Positions 35,813 through 45,098 of a DNA stretch of 64,000 nt are shown in pieces. The notes beneath the pieces are model-generated. The model searched no databases. It worked only from the letters and a program-made list of their open reading frames with translations, and had not been told where the DNA came from. Positions within the stretch are counted from its first letter, which is position 1. Every line of letters begins with the position of its first letter. The position numbers were made by a program, and so were the translations under genes. The DNA comes from an uncultured Erysipelotrichaceae bacterium (GTDB lineage Bacteria; Bacillota_I; Bacilli_A; Erysipelotrichales; Erysipelotrichaceae). Location: contig CALVGN010000040.1 in assembly GCA_944327105.1 (NCBI GenBank), forward strand, positions 4,247 through 68,246, given 5' to 3'.

Positions 35813-36985
35813 TTAATGCATCGTATTGAATATATAGTCGATCATGATGCTTGAGGCAATCAACATGGAATCTTCATTGAGATCATAATATCCCTGATGA
35901 TGTGGCAATTGCGTATTGGCGCGTTGATCATGTGTACCGACATACATGTAGCACCCATTGACATGTTGCAGATAATCGGCCATATCATCGGCTGCCAATG
36001 ATTTGGGACGATCATGATGAACATGGTTTGAACCAACGATAGCAATGGCATACGGAGTGATTTGATCACAGTTATCTTGAGTATTGATCAACGGATTGGC
36101 ATAGTTGGTGATCGTAACGGATGCATTGCATCCGAAATAACCAGCCATGGTTTCAACCACGGAGGTGATTTTATCCTGGACCATTTGACGCGTGGTTGGA
36201 TCAAAGCAACGGATGGTTCCTTCAAAAAAAGCATGGTCGGCTATGACATTGTATCCATTGCCACAGTGCAATGTACCGACACCGACGATCACACTGTCCA
36301 ATGGTGAAACCATTCTACTCACAATGGATTGCAATGATACGACCATATGCGCCACAGCCACCAATGCATCCTTCCCTTTTTCCGGATTCGCCACATGCGC
36401 ACTGGTCCCATTGACTTCTACCTTGAAATAATCACACGATGCATTGTTTCCTCCGGGTGTGATATAGACATCCCCAACAGGATATTCACTGGCACCATGA
36501 TAGGCGAGGATAAAATCCACATCATCCAAGCAATGAGAAGCAATGAATTGACGGGCACCCTGTCCGTTTTCTTCACTGTGTTGGAAAACCAACTTGATGG
36601 TGCCACGCCATTTTGATTGATGGTCGTTGAGAATGAATGCCGTGGTCAACAGTGCCGCAGTATGGGCGTCATGCCCGCAAGCGTGCATGACGCCATCCAC
36701 ACAACTATGATAACTGCAATCGGATTTAAGATCTTGGATGGGTAACGCATCGATATCGGCACGCAGGGCAATGGTTGGACCATCCCCATTATGGATGATC
36801 CCCAACACACCGGTTTGACCAATGCGTTGATGGTGGATACCATGCTCATCCAATTGCTGTTCGATGAATTCGGCCGTGTGGAATTCGTTGAGACTTAATT
36901 CTGGATGCGCATGCAGATACCGTCGGTTTTCAATGGTTTTCTTTCGATAGGGTTCAACCAACGCAGAAATGGTATATTCCATCAT
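35813..36985 (-). CDS. M20-family amidohydrolase (N-acyl-L-amino-acid amidohydrolase-like)
   Basis: 390-aa ORF with MHACGHDAHTA and FQHSEE motifs. It is the last gene of the T-box-controlled met operon. Confidence 0.8.
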   Translation of the reverse strand: MMEYTISALVEPYRKKTIENRRYLHAHPELSLNEFHTAEFIEQQLDEHGIHHQRIGQTGVLGIIHNGDGPTIALRADIDALPIQDLKSDCSYHSCVDGVMHACGHDAHTAALLTTAFILNDHQSKWRGTIKLVFQHSEENGQGARQFIASHCLDDVDFILAYHGASEYPVGDVYITPGGNNASCDYFKVEVNGTSAHVANPEKGKDALVAVAHMVVSLQSIVSRMVSPLDSVIVGVGTLHCGNGYNVIADHAFFEGTIRCFDPTTRQMVQDKITSVVETMAGYFGCNASVTITNYANPLINTQDNCDQITPYAIAIVGSNHVHHDRPKSLAADDMADYLQHVNGCYMYVGTHDQRANTQLPHHQGYYDLNEDSMLIASSIMIDYIFNTMH

Positions 36986-37813
36986 TTACTCCCATGCCGG
37001 CAAGAAGGCTCCACCATAAGCCTGTTGCAGCGTATCGGCCACTTCATCGCTCTGATATGCTTTTACGATCGCTTGATAAATTTCATTGTCTGCATCTTCA
37101 CTGCGTACCACGATGCAATTGCGCAATGAATCCACATTATCGATCGCATTGATATCTTCCATCAAAATGCCATCGTTGATTGGATTCAAGCCAGCGGTGA
37201 CGGCATTGCCGCCATTGATGATGGCGGCCGTGCAATCCGGTAATAAATTGGCTAATGTCGCCGATTCTGCCGTAATGATTTCAATATCCACGGCATAATC
37301 GGTAATATCCATGACCGTCGGGGTATAACCAACTGAGGGATCGACTGTGATCAAACCAGCGGATTCCAGTAATTTCAACGCTCTGCCGCCATTGGTGGTA
37401 TCCGAGGGAATCGCGATGATATCCCCATCACTGATTTCTTCCACACTGTGGATCTGATCGGTATTGGGAAACATCGCCAGTGGTGCCAAGATGGTATCAC
37501 CAATCGGGGTGATATCATAGCCTAACTTGTTGATTTCATCTTCCAGATATGTATGCGTCTGGAATGCGTTCATATCGATGGATCCTTCATCCAAAGCACG
37601 ATTGGGGGCCACGTATTCACTGAATTTGACCAGTTCCACCTGGATGTTTTGATCTTTGAGCAATTCATTGACGGTGTCCCATTGGGCGTTGTATTCACCA
37701 ACGACACCGACGGTAACGGTGGTGATACCATCATCATCGGTGGAATTGGAACTGCAGCCAAATGTTGTCAATACAAGGGCGCTTAACGCCAGTTTGGTAA
37801 TGGTCTTGTTCAT
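36986..37813 (-). CDS. metQ: methionine ABC transporter substrate-binding lipoprotein
   Basis: 275-aa NlpA-family ORF with a signal peptide ending TFGC. Confidence 0.85.
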   Translation of the reverse strand: MNKTITKLALSALVLTTFGCSSNSTDDDGITTVTVGVVGEYNAQWDTVNELLKDQNIQVELVKFSEYVAPNRALDEGSIDMNAFQTHTYLEDEINKLGYDITPIGDTILAPLAMFPNTDQIHSVEEISDGDIIAIPSDTTNGGRALKLLESAGLITVDPSVGYTPTVMDITDYAVDIEIITAESATLANLLPDCTAAIINGGNAVTAGLNPINDGILMEDINAIDNVDSLRNCIVVRSEDADNEIYQAIVKAYQSDEVADTLQQAYGGAFLPAWE

Positions 37814-37845
37814 GTTTCATACCTCCTATTCATGATCAAACAAGA

Positions 37846-38523
37846 TTAATGTGTGGTTTTTTTAACGATGATCCCACCGACACACTGCACGATGGAAACC
37901 AATAACAGAATCATAGCCAACGAAACCCATAACGAATCCGTCTGGTAATTCTGATACCCGTAGCGGATGGCAAAATCACCTAACCCGCCGGCGCCCACGG
38001 CGCCGGCCATGGCAGTTAGACCGATCAGATTGACGATGGTGATCATGGATACCCTTACGATACTGGGAATGGATTCATGTAGCATCACGTGGATGATGAT
38101 TTCAACAGTGGTACAACCCATGGCTTCACTGGCTTCGATCAAACCATGATCCACTTCACTCAGTACGGATTCGATCTGACGGGCATAAAAGGGAATGGTA
38201 CCGATGACCAATGGGAAGATGGCACCATTGACACCAATGGATGTTCCCATGATCAACCGTGTGGCCGGGATCAAGATCATGATCAAGATCAAAAACGGAA
38301 TGGAACGCAGGATATTGATGGTTTTATCCAAAATATTGAAGATCAGTTTATTGGGATGCAATCCATCGGATCGGGTAATGGTCAAAACCACACCCACGAT
38401 CAGACCGAATAAAAAGGAGATCAATGCACTGGTCAAAACCATGATGATGGTATCGACCGTACATCCCAGCAATTCTTCGATCATCCGTGGATTGGACATA
38501 TGGGGAAACCATGTTTCGATCAT
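37846..38523 (-). CDS. metI: methionine ABC transporter permease
   Basis: 225-aa ORF with 5 TM helices and an EAA-like loop (IEASEAMGC). Confidence 0.85.
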   Translation of the reverse strand: MIETWFPHMSNPRMIEELLGCTVDTIIMVLTSALISFLFGLIVGVVLTITRSDGLHPNKLIFNILDKTINILRSIPFLILIMILIPATRLIMGTSIGVNGAIFPLVIGTIPFYARQIESVLSEVDHGLIEASEAMGCTTVEIIIHVMLHESIPSIVRVSMITIVNLIGLTAMAGAVGAGGLGDFAIRYGYQNYQTDSLWVSLAMILLLVSIVQCVGGIIVKKTTH

Positions 38524-39551
38524 GATCGGATCACCTCCACTTTCACATTGGCTTGACGGATCGTATCAATGGCTTCAACCATATCTGCACTCTTCCCATT
38601 GACTTTAACGATCAACTGACCCAATGGTTTACCGTCGATCACTTCCACCGTCCCAAAAACGATATTGCAATCCACATCGAATTGTCGAGAGACCTTCGAA
38701 ATCAATGCCTGAGCGGCACTGTCTGCGATATAGGTCAGTTGGATCAGTTGCTCATTTGGATCACATTGCATCAATTCATATCCGGCATCGATCAGGGATG
38801 TGATCGATGCCATTTGCGTAGTGGAATCCACAAATTTTTTAGTGATCTGGGCCTTCGGAGAAGCGAAAATATCATAGACATCTCCTTGTTCCACGATACG
38901 TCCGTTTTCCATGATCGCTACTTTTTTAGCGATGGTTTTGATCACACTCATCTGATGGGTGATTAATACGATGGTCAAACCAAGGGATGCATGTAATTTC
39001 TTTAATAATGCCAGTATGCTTTCTGTGGTTTGCGGATCCAATGCCGAAGTGGCTTCATCACATAAGAGTATGGTCGGATCATTGGCCAATGCCCGTGCAA
39101 TGGCCACCCGTTGTTTCTGACCACCGCTGAGCTGGTTAGGATAACTATCCGCTTTATCCGATAGTTCCACAAGTGAAAGCAACGCATTGACTTTTTGAGT
39201 GATCTGGGATTTGGTCAGACCACTTTTTCGCAATGGAAAGGCCACATTTTGCTGGATCGTCAATGCTTCCATCAAATTGAAATGCTGAAAGATCATCCCG
39301 ATCTTTTGCCGCTTCTTTCTCAATTCAACATTACGCAGTTTGGTCAGATCCTCCCCATCGACCATCACGGATCCACGATCCGGTTTTTCCAGTAGATTGA
39401 TCATGCGGATCAATGTGCTTTTTCCCGCGCCCGAATAACCGATCAAACCAAAGATCGTTCCGGTATCAATGGTGAGTGATACATCATTGACCGCATGGAC
39501 ATTGCCACTTTTGCTTGCAAACGTTTTCGTCACATGATTCAGTTCGATCAT
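38520..39551 (-). CDS. metN: methionine ABC transporter ATP-binding protein
   Basis: 343-aa ORF with Walker A GYSGAGKST, signature LSGGQKQR and a C-terminal NIL domain. Confidence 0.9.
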   Translation of the reverse strand: MIELNHVTKTFASKSGNVHAVNDVSLTIDTGTIFGLIGYSGAGKSTLIRMINLLEKPDRGSVMVDGEDLTKLRNVELRKKRQKIGMIFQHFNLMEALTIQQNVAFPLRKSGLTKSQITQKVNALLSLVELSDKADSYPNQLSGGQKQRVAIARALANDPTILLCDEATSALDPQTTESILALLKKLHASLGLTIVLITHQMSVIKTIAKKVAIMENGRIVEQGDVYDIFASPKAQITKKFVDSTTQMASITSLIDAGYELMQCDPNEQLIQLTYIADSAAQALISKVSRQFDVDCNIVFGTVEVIDGKPLGQLIVKVNGKSADMVEAIDTIRQANVKVEVIRS

Positions 39552-39577
39552 TCCTTACCTCCTTTTACCCTTAAAAA

Positions 39578-39833
39578 TAAAAAACCTTTCGACTGTTATC
39601 GAAAGGACGAATGTATCGTGTTACCACCTTTGCTTTTAAAACTGCATCACTGCCGGTTTCCTCACCGAGTACCATCATACTCTTCCCGTATAACGTCGGG
39701 ATAACGTCAAAACTTAACGATTCAGTTTTGAAGCTCCAAGGCCATCTTCACATCGCTTTTGATCTTTGTCTTGCACCAACCGACAACTCTCTGATGATCG
39801 ACTCACGATGCTACTATTCTCTTCACAGCTTCT
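39578..39833 (-). promoter_or_regulatory. T-box riboswitch leader, Met specifier
   Basis: The minus strand carries the AGAGAG (GA motif), GGTGCAAG, and two candidate specifier contexts that are both AUG (gcgAUGu and gaagAUGg). The T-box sequence is AAAGGTGGTAACACG (39631-39617). The terminator is cctttcga-taacag-tcgaaagg followed by tttttt. Confidence 0.8.
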
Positions 39834-39839
39834 GGTATC

Positions 39840-39867
39840 AGTATACGCAATGGTACGACCAATGCAA
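39840..39867 (-). promoter_or_regulatory. promoter of the met T-box operon
   Basis: Minus-strand TTGCAT (39867-39862), a 16-nt spacer, then TATACT (39845-39840). The spacer contains ATGGTACGACCAA. Confidence 0.55.
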
Positions 39868-39919
39868 ACGATGGATTTATACGGGTTTGTGAAACAATTT
39901 TCATCGATGGTTTAACCAT

Positions 39920-39948
39920 CGAAAAAAGGCGATGCAATGCATCGCCTT
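39920..39948 (-). terminator. rho-independent terminator of ftsZ
   Basis: aaggcgatgc/gcatcgcctt hairpin, followed on the minus strand by tttttt. Confidence 0.75.
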
Positions 39949-39960
39949 CAGTTGGATTGA

Positions 39961-41022
39961 TCAGTCGATCTGACGGAAGAAGGTCGGGATGTTGGAATCA
40001 TCCTCATTTTCTTTTTCATCCACGTGTTCACTGGTCGCTTCAAAGGAAACATGATTGCTCACCGCAGCATCTTCTTCGACCACTTCCGGTGTATCAAATC
40101 CAGTTGCAATGATGGTAACGATGATCGCATCACCCAACTTATCATTGACGGCCACACCATAGATGATGTCGATCTCCGTACCGGCAGCTTCACGGATGTA
40201 TTCGATCACTTCACTGGAATCATACAATGTCATGCCCGAACCACCGGTAACATTGACGATCGCATTGTGTGCACCACGCACATCCCCTTCCAGCAACGGT
40301 GAAGAAATAGCACGGGCTGCAGCTTCCGTCGCCTTATTTTCACCTTCAGCCATACCAATGCCGATCAAGGCTTCGCCCTGGTTTTCCATGATGCTCTTGA
40401 CATCGGCGAAATCCAGGTTGATCAATGCCGGAACGGCGATCAGATCGGTAATGGTCTGTACGGACTGACGCAGGATATTGTCAGCTTCCTGGAAAGACTG
40501 TTCAAACGGGATATGTCCGATGACTTCCAGCAGACGATCGTTGCTGATCACGATCAAGGAATCGATATATTCGCGCAATTCTTTCAAACCGGTCTCGGCA
40601 TTGTTTTTGCGTCGACGGCCTTCAAAAGTAAACGGCTTGGTAACGATAGCTACCGTAAGTGCACCCAGTTCTTTGGCGATTTTAGCAAATACAGGAATCG
40701 CACCGGTTCCGGTACCGCCGCCTAAACCGCAGGTCAAGAAAATCATATCGCTGCCTTCCATGGCTTTGCGGACTTCTTCTTCACTTTCCAATGCGGCTTT
40801 GCGGCCGTTTTCGGGATTTCCGCCGGCACCCAGTCCGTCTTTTCCCAGTACTAATTTATTTCCGCATGGCGAGGCATCCAGTACCTGCATGTCGGTATTG
40901 CACACATAAAAATCCACACCCTGAACGCCTTCACGGACCATGCGGGCGACAGCATTGCATCCGGCGCCACCGATGCCGAATACTTTGATCCGAGCGATTT
41001 GATTGTAGGTTAAATCAGCCAT
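39961..41022 (-). CDS. ftsZ: cell division protein FtsZ
   Basis: 353-aa ORF with the tubulin signature GGGTGTG and an acidic C-terminal tail ending IPTFFRQ. Confidence 0.95.
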   Translation of the reverse strand: MADLTYNQIARIKVFGIGGAGCNAVARMVREGVQGVDFYVCNTDMQVLDASPCGNKLVLGKDGLGAGGNPENGRKAALESEEEVRKAMEGSDMIFLTCGLGGGTGTGAIPVFAKIAKELGALTVAIVTKPFTFEGRRRKNNAETGLKELREYIDSLIVISNDRLLEVIGHIPFEQSFQEADNILRQSVQTITDLIAVPALINLDFADVKSIMENQGEALIGIGMAEGENKATEAAARAISSPLLEGDVRGAHNAIVNVTGGSGMTLYDSSEVIEYIREAAGTEIDIIYGVAVNDKLGDAIIVTIIATGFDTPEVVEEDAAVSNHVSFEATSEHVDEKENEDDSNIPTFFRQID

Positions 41023-41040
41023 ATGTTTGTCCTCTCCTGA

Positions 41041-42300
41041 CTATTTCTTCCCCTGTAGAAGTGCATTTCTTAACTTATTGGTAATGGTCATTTCCTTGAA
41101 CTCATCGGAACGGATATCGACCAGACGTGCGAACGTATTCACATCGACACTGGCGTCATTTCGTCCGTTGATTTCCAATAAATCTTTATAAGCATAGAAC
41201 AATCCCGCGGCCGTTGTCAAACTCGGATTTCGAATTCCAAGCGTTTCCGGCGCATAGGTTTTGACCTCGCTGACCACGGTATCTGACAGACAATCACTGA
41301 TCCCTTGCAATTCAGCCATATCGTTGCTGATGATCACCACCGCTTTTCCGGCGGAAAGGATCGGATCAATGGATTTTTTGACCATCTCCAGCCATTGCTT
41401 CAATGGGGTCTCGATGCATTCAAAAATCGCTTTTTCACTGATGGTACGGGTGGTATCACCATCCGCCCAGACATAGCAAGTTTGATTGGAGCGCAATTCC
41501 GCATTGAGCCGAACATTATATTTGATCAAGCGGGTTGCGGCTTTGGATCCCAGATGATAGCGCTGATCCAATGCCTCGACCATCGATTCCAATCCCAATG
41601 GCAATGTCATGAAATTGACCAGACGACCATCGGAGAATAAAGATAAGCGGGTAGTATGGTATTGACCATCCAGCAAAATGATGTATTTATCCATGGATTG
41701 CTCGAATAATGCCGCTTCTTTTCCGATGGCATAACCATCTAAGAAAATGGACATCACCGAAACGCCGGCATTTTCGACGCTGCTGACCAGATCATACATG
41801 AAATTGCGATCTGCAAAATAGACGTCCATCAAAATGGAAAGATCATCCAGTGTTTCATCAATGGGACAGCGTCGGGTGGAAATACCATTGCAATAATATT
41901 TCACACAACTGACCTGCACGATTTCACAATTTTTCGGCACGTTGACATGACGCATTGCAGCGCTCATCGCTCGGCGGATATCATGATACGTTGCCTGCTT
42001 GTTCACGGAATTCAGTGCCACTTTTTCTTTGATATGCGCACGGGAAACATTCACTCCGGGAATGGAAAGAATCACCTTTTTGACCGGTATGCCCAAATTC
42101 TTTTCAACGTTGGCTAACGCCAACTTGATCGATTCGCTCACTGCGGTTTTATCGCTGATCCGCTCAGCTTTGACACCGTCACAGTCCACGCGTTCAACTT
42201 TTAGTATATTCAAACGGGTATTGTAAAATTCGCCGACGATCAGGCGGACTTCATGATCAGCCACTTCCAGTCCGGCATAAATCTGTTTACTCATGTTCAC
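41041..42300 (-). CDS. ftsA: cell division protein FtsA
   Basis: 419-aa actin-like ATPase located immediately upstream of ftsZ. Confidence 0.88.
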   Translation of the reverse strand: MNMSKQIYAGLEVADHEVRLIVGEFYNTRLNILKVERVDCDGVKAERISDKTAVSESIKLALANVEKNLGIPVKKVILSIPGVNVSRAHIKEKVALNSVNKQATYHDIRRAMSAAMRHVNVPKNCEIVQVSCVKYYCNGISTRRCPIDETLDDLSILMDVYFADRNFMYDLVSSVENAGVSVMSIFLDGYAIGKEAALFEQSMDKYIILLDGQYHTTRLSLFSDGRLVNFMTLPLGLESMVEALDQRYHLGSKAATRLIKYNVRLNAELRSNQTCYVWADGDTTRTISEKAIFECIETPLKQWLEMVKKSIDPILSAGKAVVIISNDMAELQGISDCLSDTVVSEVKTYAPETLGIRNPSLTTAAGLFYAYKDLLEINGRNDASVDVNTFARLVDIRSDEFKEMTITNKLRNALLQGKK

Positions 42301-42536
42301 ACCCTTTCATAAACCTAGTTAAAAGATTATCACAAAGTATGGTAAAAGTATATCGATGAAACGGGTTTGTGCAAGCAAAAATAAGCGGTATCGTGATGGT
42401 TGAAACCACCATCATCCATTGGTCAAACCATGTAAAAATCACATGAAAGCCATAGTAATGGTCAAAATTATCGGTTGCAATGGCCGTTAAGTCATGGTAA
42501 AGTAATCAAGCATTTGATGAAGGGAGGGTTTGTAAA

Positions 42537-42734
42537 GTGTCTAGAGTTTGTGCCATCACCGGCAAGAAAGCCTTAAGCGGCAATAGACGTTCACACTCAT
42601 TACGTGCCACACGTCGCAAATGGAATGTGAATTTACAAAAAGCAACGATCATGGTGGACGGGAAACCCACCAAGGTTCGCATTTCTGCACGCGCACTGAG
42701 AACGTTGAAAGCACAAAGCGTTGCCAAAGCGTAA
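42537..42734 (+). CDS. rpmB: 50S ribosomal protein L28
   Basis: Translates to [35 protein letters not shown]... It uses a GTG start with a GGGAGG SD. Confidence 0.92.
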   Translation: MSRVCAITGKKALSGNRRSHSLRATRRKWNVNLQKATIMVDGKPTKVRISARALRTLKAQSVAKA

Positions 42735-42747
42735 GCATCATAAACTA

Positions 42748-42782
42748 AAAAACGCATCGATGAAATCCGATGCGTTTTTTTA
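42748..42782. terminator. terminator (bidirectional context)
   Basis: aacgcatcg-atgaaatc-cgatgcgtt followed by ttttttt. The left flank is A-rich. Confidence 0.75.
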
Positions 42783-42795
42783 TGGTCAAATCACT

Positions 42796-43785
42796 TTAAA
42801 ACCGTTCGAAGAAACCATCCAGAACATCCACCACGGAACCGTAGTTGATACTTCCAGGCGTTGTCAAACTGCTGATATTGAGATGGATCCCATCCATCAC
42901 GGCATAAAATGCATACAACAGAGTGGCAATCAATACACAGCCGATGATGGTCATCACCACGATCCGAATGTAATAATGGCTGATCTTCAAATCATCCACC
43001 ACCACGATCATCGTACTGCTTAACCATAATAATACCAACGGGATCATTGCCCAGATCGAAGTCAGTTTCAATACCGATAACACCAATGTCAACACCCCAC
43101 ACAGACCTAACGCCAACGAAGGGACTAAACTGTGCGCGATCACGGTGGTCAATGACAGTTTCCGCTTACCGATAAATAATGCCAGTTGGAATACGGTATA
43201 ATGGGCGATCAATAAGATCAAACCACAGACGATCGGTACATACCAGGCCATTTTCAGATCGATGGCATACATGCCAAAACTGGACATGGTGACAAATTGA
43301 TTCAACGTCAGCAATGTCTTGATCAACGTGGTTCCGATCAATGCAAAAAACAGGGTCATCATCACCCATTCCAGCAACACCATCCATAAGCAGCTGATCA
43401 AATCGATATGCTGTTCGACGGTCGGTGATTTGATCAGCTGAACAAAAGAAACACCGCCTTTTTTCATGCTGTCTAAGACTTTAGAGCCACCTTCCGAAAT
43501 CACCGCTCCAGCCTGAGAAAGGGCTTTTTCGGCATTTTCTTTGAGTTGATCGGCGACTTCGGCGCCGATCATGCCCGAATCATCATTGGGTGTGGATTCC
43601 GTATTATCGGTAGTGATGGTTGAATCATCCACTGGTGTGGTTTCAACAGTAGGCGTTGATTCATCTACCGGATTGACTGGATCGCTCGGTTCGGATTTAT
43701 TTTCGATGATGGTATTCTCTGTTCCGCAATTTGGACAGATTTGGTTTTCATTTTCGAATTCACTGCCGCATTGTTTACATTTCAT
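42796..43785 (-). CDS. zinc-ribbon domain-containing polytopic membrane protein
   Basis: 329-aa ORF with an N-terminal CxxC-x12-CxxC (MKCKQCGSEFENENQICPNCG), an acidic T/P/D-rich linker, and then about 5-6 TM helices. Confidence 0.6.
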   Translation of the reverse strand: MKCKQCGSEFENENQICPNCGTENTIIENKSEPSDPVNPVDESTPTVETTPVDDSTITTDNTESTPNDDSGMIGAEVADQLKENAEKALSQAGAVISEGGSKVLDSMKKGGVSFVQLIKSPTVEQHIDLISCLWMVLLEWVMMTLFFALIGTTLIKTLLTLNQFVTMSSFGMYAIDLKMAWYVPIVCGLILLIAHYTVFQLALFIGKRKLSLTTVIAHSLVPSLALGLCGVLTLVLSVLKLTSIWAMIPLVLLWLSSTMIVVVDDLKISHYYIRIVVMTIIGCVLIATLLYAFYAVMDGIHLNISSLTTPGSINYGSVVDVLDGFFERF

Positions 43786-44441
43786 ATGGAATTGTCCCCT
43801 TTTTGCATAATGCTATGATAAATTGGATTTTCTTTGATACGGATCACTAATAGTTTACCGTAGTGGATCGAGATCAAGGCAGGTCGATGGTTGAGCCATT
43901 GATTGGAAATGCATAATGGATCCATGGTATTCAATTGATGATGATCCAATGGATATAACGCATCCTGGATGCTGATGCAGCTTTGCTGCATGGCAAATAA
44001 GCTGAAGCGATCATAATTATCACATGGTAATACCATGTCCGTTTGCTTTACCACCATATCGCCATTCTCCATGACATAACGGACATGATCGCCATAATGG
44101 GAAAGTAAAAGGATATTGGCATAGGAATGATCGATGCGCTTGCCAATGGCACCATAGACATCTACCCATTGATATCCCTGGTCAAAACCATACGCCAATG
44201 CCGCATCCAGATCCGTGATATCTTTTTTGACATTCAGTTTGACCAATGGAACAGGAATGGATCGAACCATGGAATAATCGTGTTGATCCATACTATCAAA
44301 ATCACCAATCGCACCGATCAGACGAGGGTGGTTCAATACCTGCAATACACCGGCATCCACAGCCAAAATATCATCCGTTATGGTTGAAACCATGTTCATA
44401 TCTGCCAATGGCGTCACAATGGCCAATTTAGTGGAAACCAT
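43782..44441 (-). CDS. thiN: thiamine pyrophosphokinase
   Basis: 219-aa ORF with a GDFDS motif. It lies after rpe, as B. subtilis yloS/thiN does. Confidence 0.8.
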   Translation of the reverse strand: MVSTKLAIVTPLADMNMVSTITDDILAVDAGVLQVLNHPRLIGAIGDFDSMDQHDYSMVRSIPVPLVKLNVKKDITDLDAALAYGFDQGYQWVDVYGAIGKRIDHSYANILLLSHYGDHVRYVMENGDMVVKQTDMVLPCDNYDRFSLFAMQQSCISIQDALYPLDHHQLNTMDPLCISNQWLNHRPALISIHYGKLLVIRIKENPIYHSIMQKGDNSI

Positions 44442-45087
44442 GGGTCAATGCCGCCACATTGGCGGCAATATCTCCTTTAAAAACAGAAGAGCCGGCAACA
44501 GCCATGGTCATACCATGATCGACCAATGGTTGGATCAAGGATGCATTGATCCCACCATCCACTTCGATCTCGATCGACAGATCATGCTGGTCGATATACG
44601 CTTTCAATCGATCCATACGCTCAAATGTTTCCGGCATGAATGCTTGTCCGCCAAAACCCGGCTGAACACTCATCAACAAGACCATTTCCACCTGATCCAG
44701 ATAATTGAACAGTGCATCCACCACTGTGGTTGGTCGGATCACGATCCCAGCTTTCAGACCATGATCATGGATCAAATCGATGCATTGATTGATCTTGCGT
44801 TCATCAAAATGATAACTTTCCAAATGAAAACTGATCCAATCCGCACCCGCTTTGGCAAACGCATCAATAAACATCAATGGATCATCCACCATCAAATGCA
44901 CATCCAGTTCCCCTTTGAATCGTTTCTGAAATCCTTTTAACAAGTCCGCACCAAAGCTTAGATTGGGCACGAAGTGACCATCCATCACATCAAAATGCAG
45001 CATGGTGATGCCACAGCTTTCCAATAAATCCAGCTGATGGTTCATCTGACTGTAATCCATCGATAAAACACTGGGTAATACGCGCAT
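44428..45087 (-). CDS. rpe: ribulose-phosphate 3-epimerase
   Basis: 219-aa ORF with the motifs PSVLSMD, HFDVMDGHFVPN and VDGGI. Confidence 0.92.
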   Translation of the reverse strand: MRVLPSVLSMDYSQMNHQLDLLESCGITMLHFDVMDGHFVPNLSFGADLLKGFQKRFKGELDVHLMVDDPLMFIDAFAKAGADWISFHLESYHFDERKINQCIDLIHDHGLKAGIVIRPTTVVDALFNYLDQVEMVLLMSVQPGFGGQAFMPETFERMDRLKAYIDQHDLSIEIEVDGGINASLIQPLVDHGMTMAVAGSSVFKGDIAANVAALTHGFH

Positions 45088-45098
45088 CTAACTCTCCT

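Noticed and set aside
39617-39631. Link between the T-box UGGU bulge (which pairs with tRNA ACCA) and the genome-wide TGGT...ACCA palindrome.
   Set aside because: This is a coincidence of tetranucleotides. The palindrome occurs mostly inside coding DNA on both strands with no T-box context.
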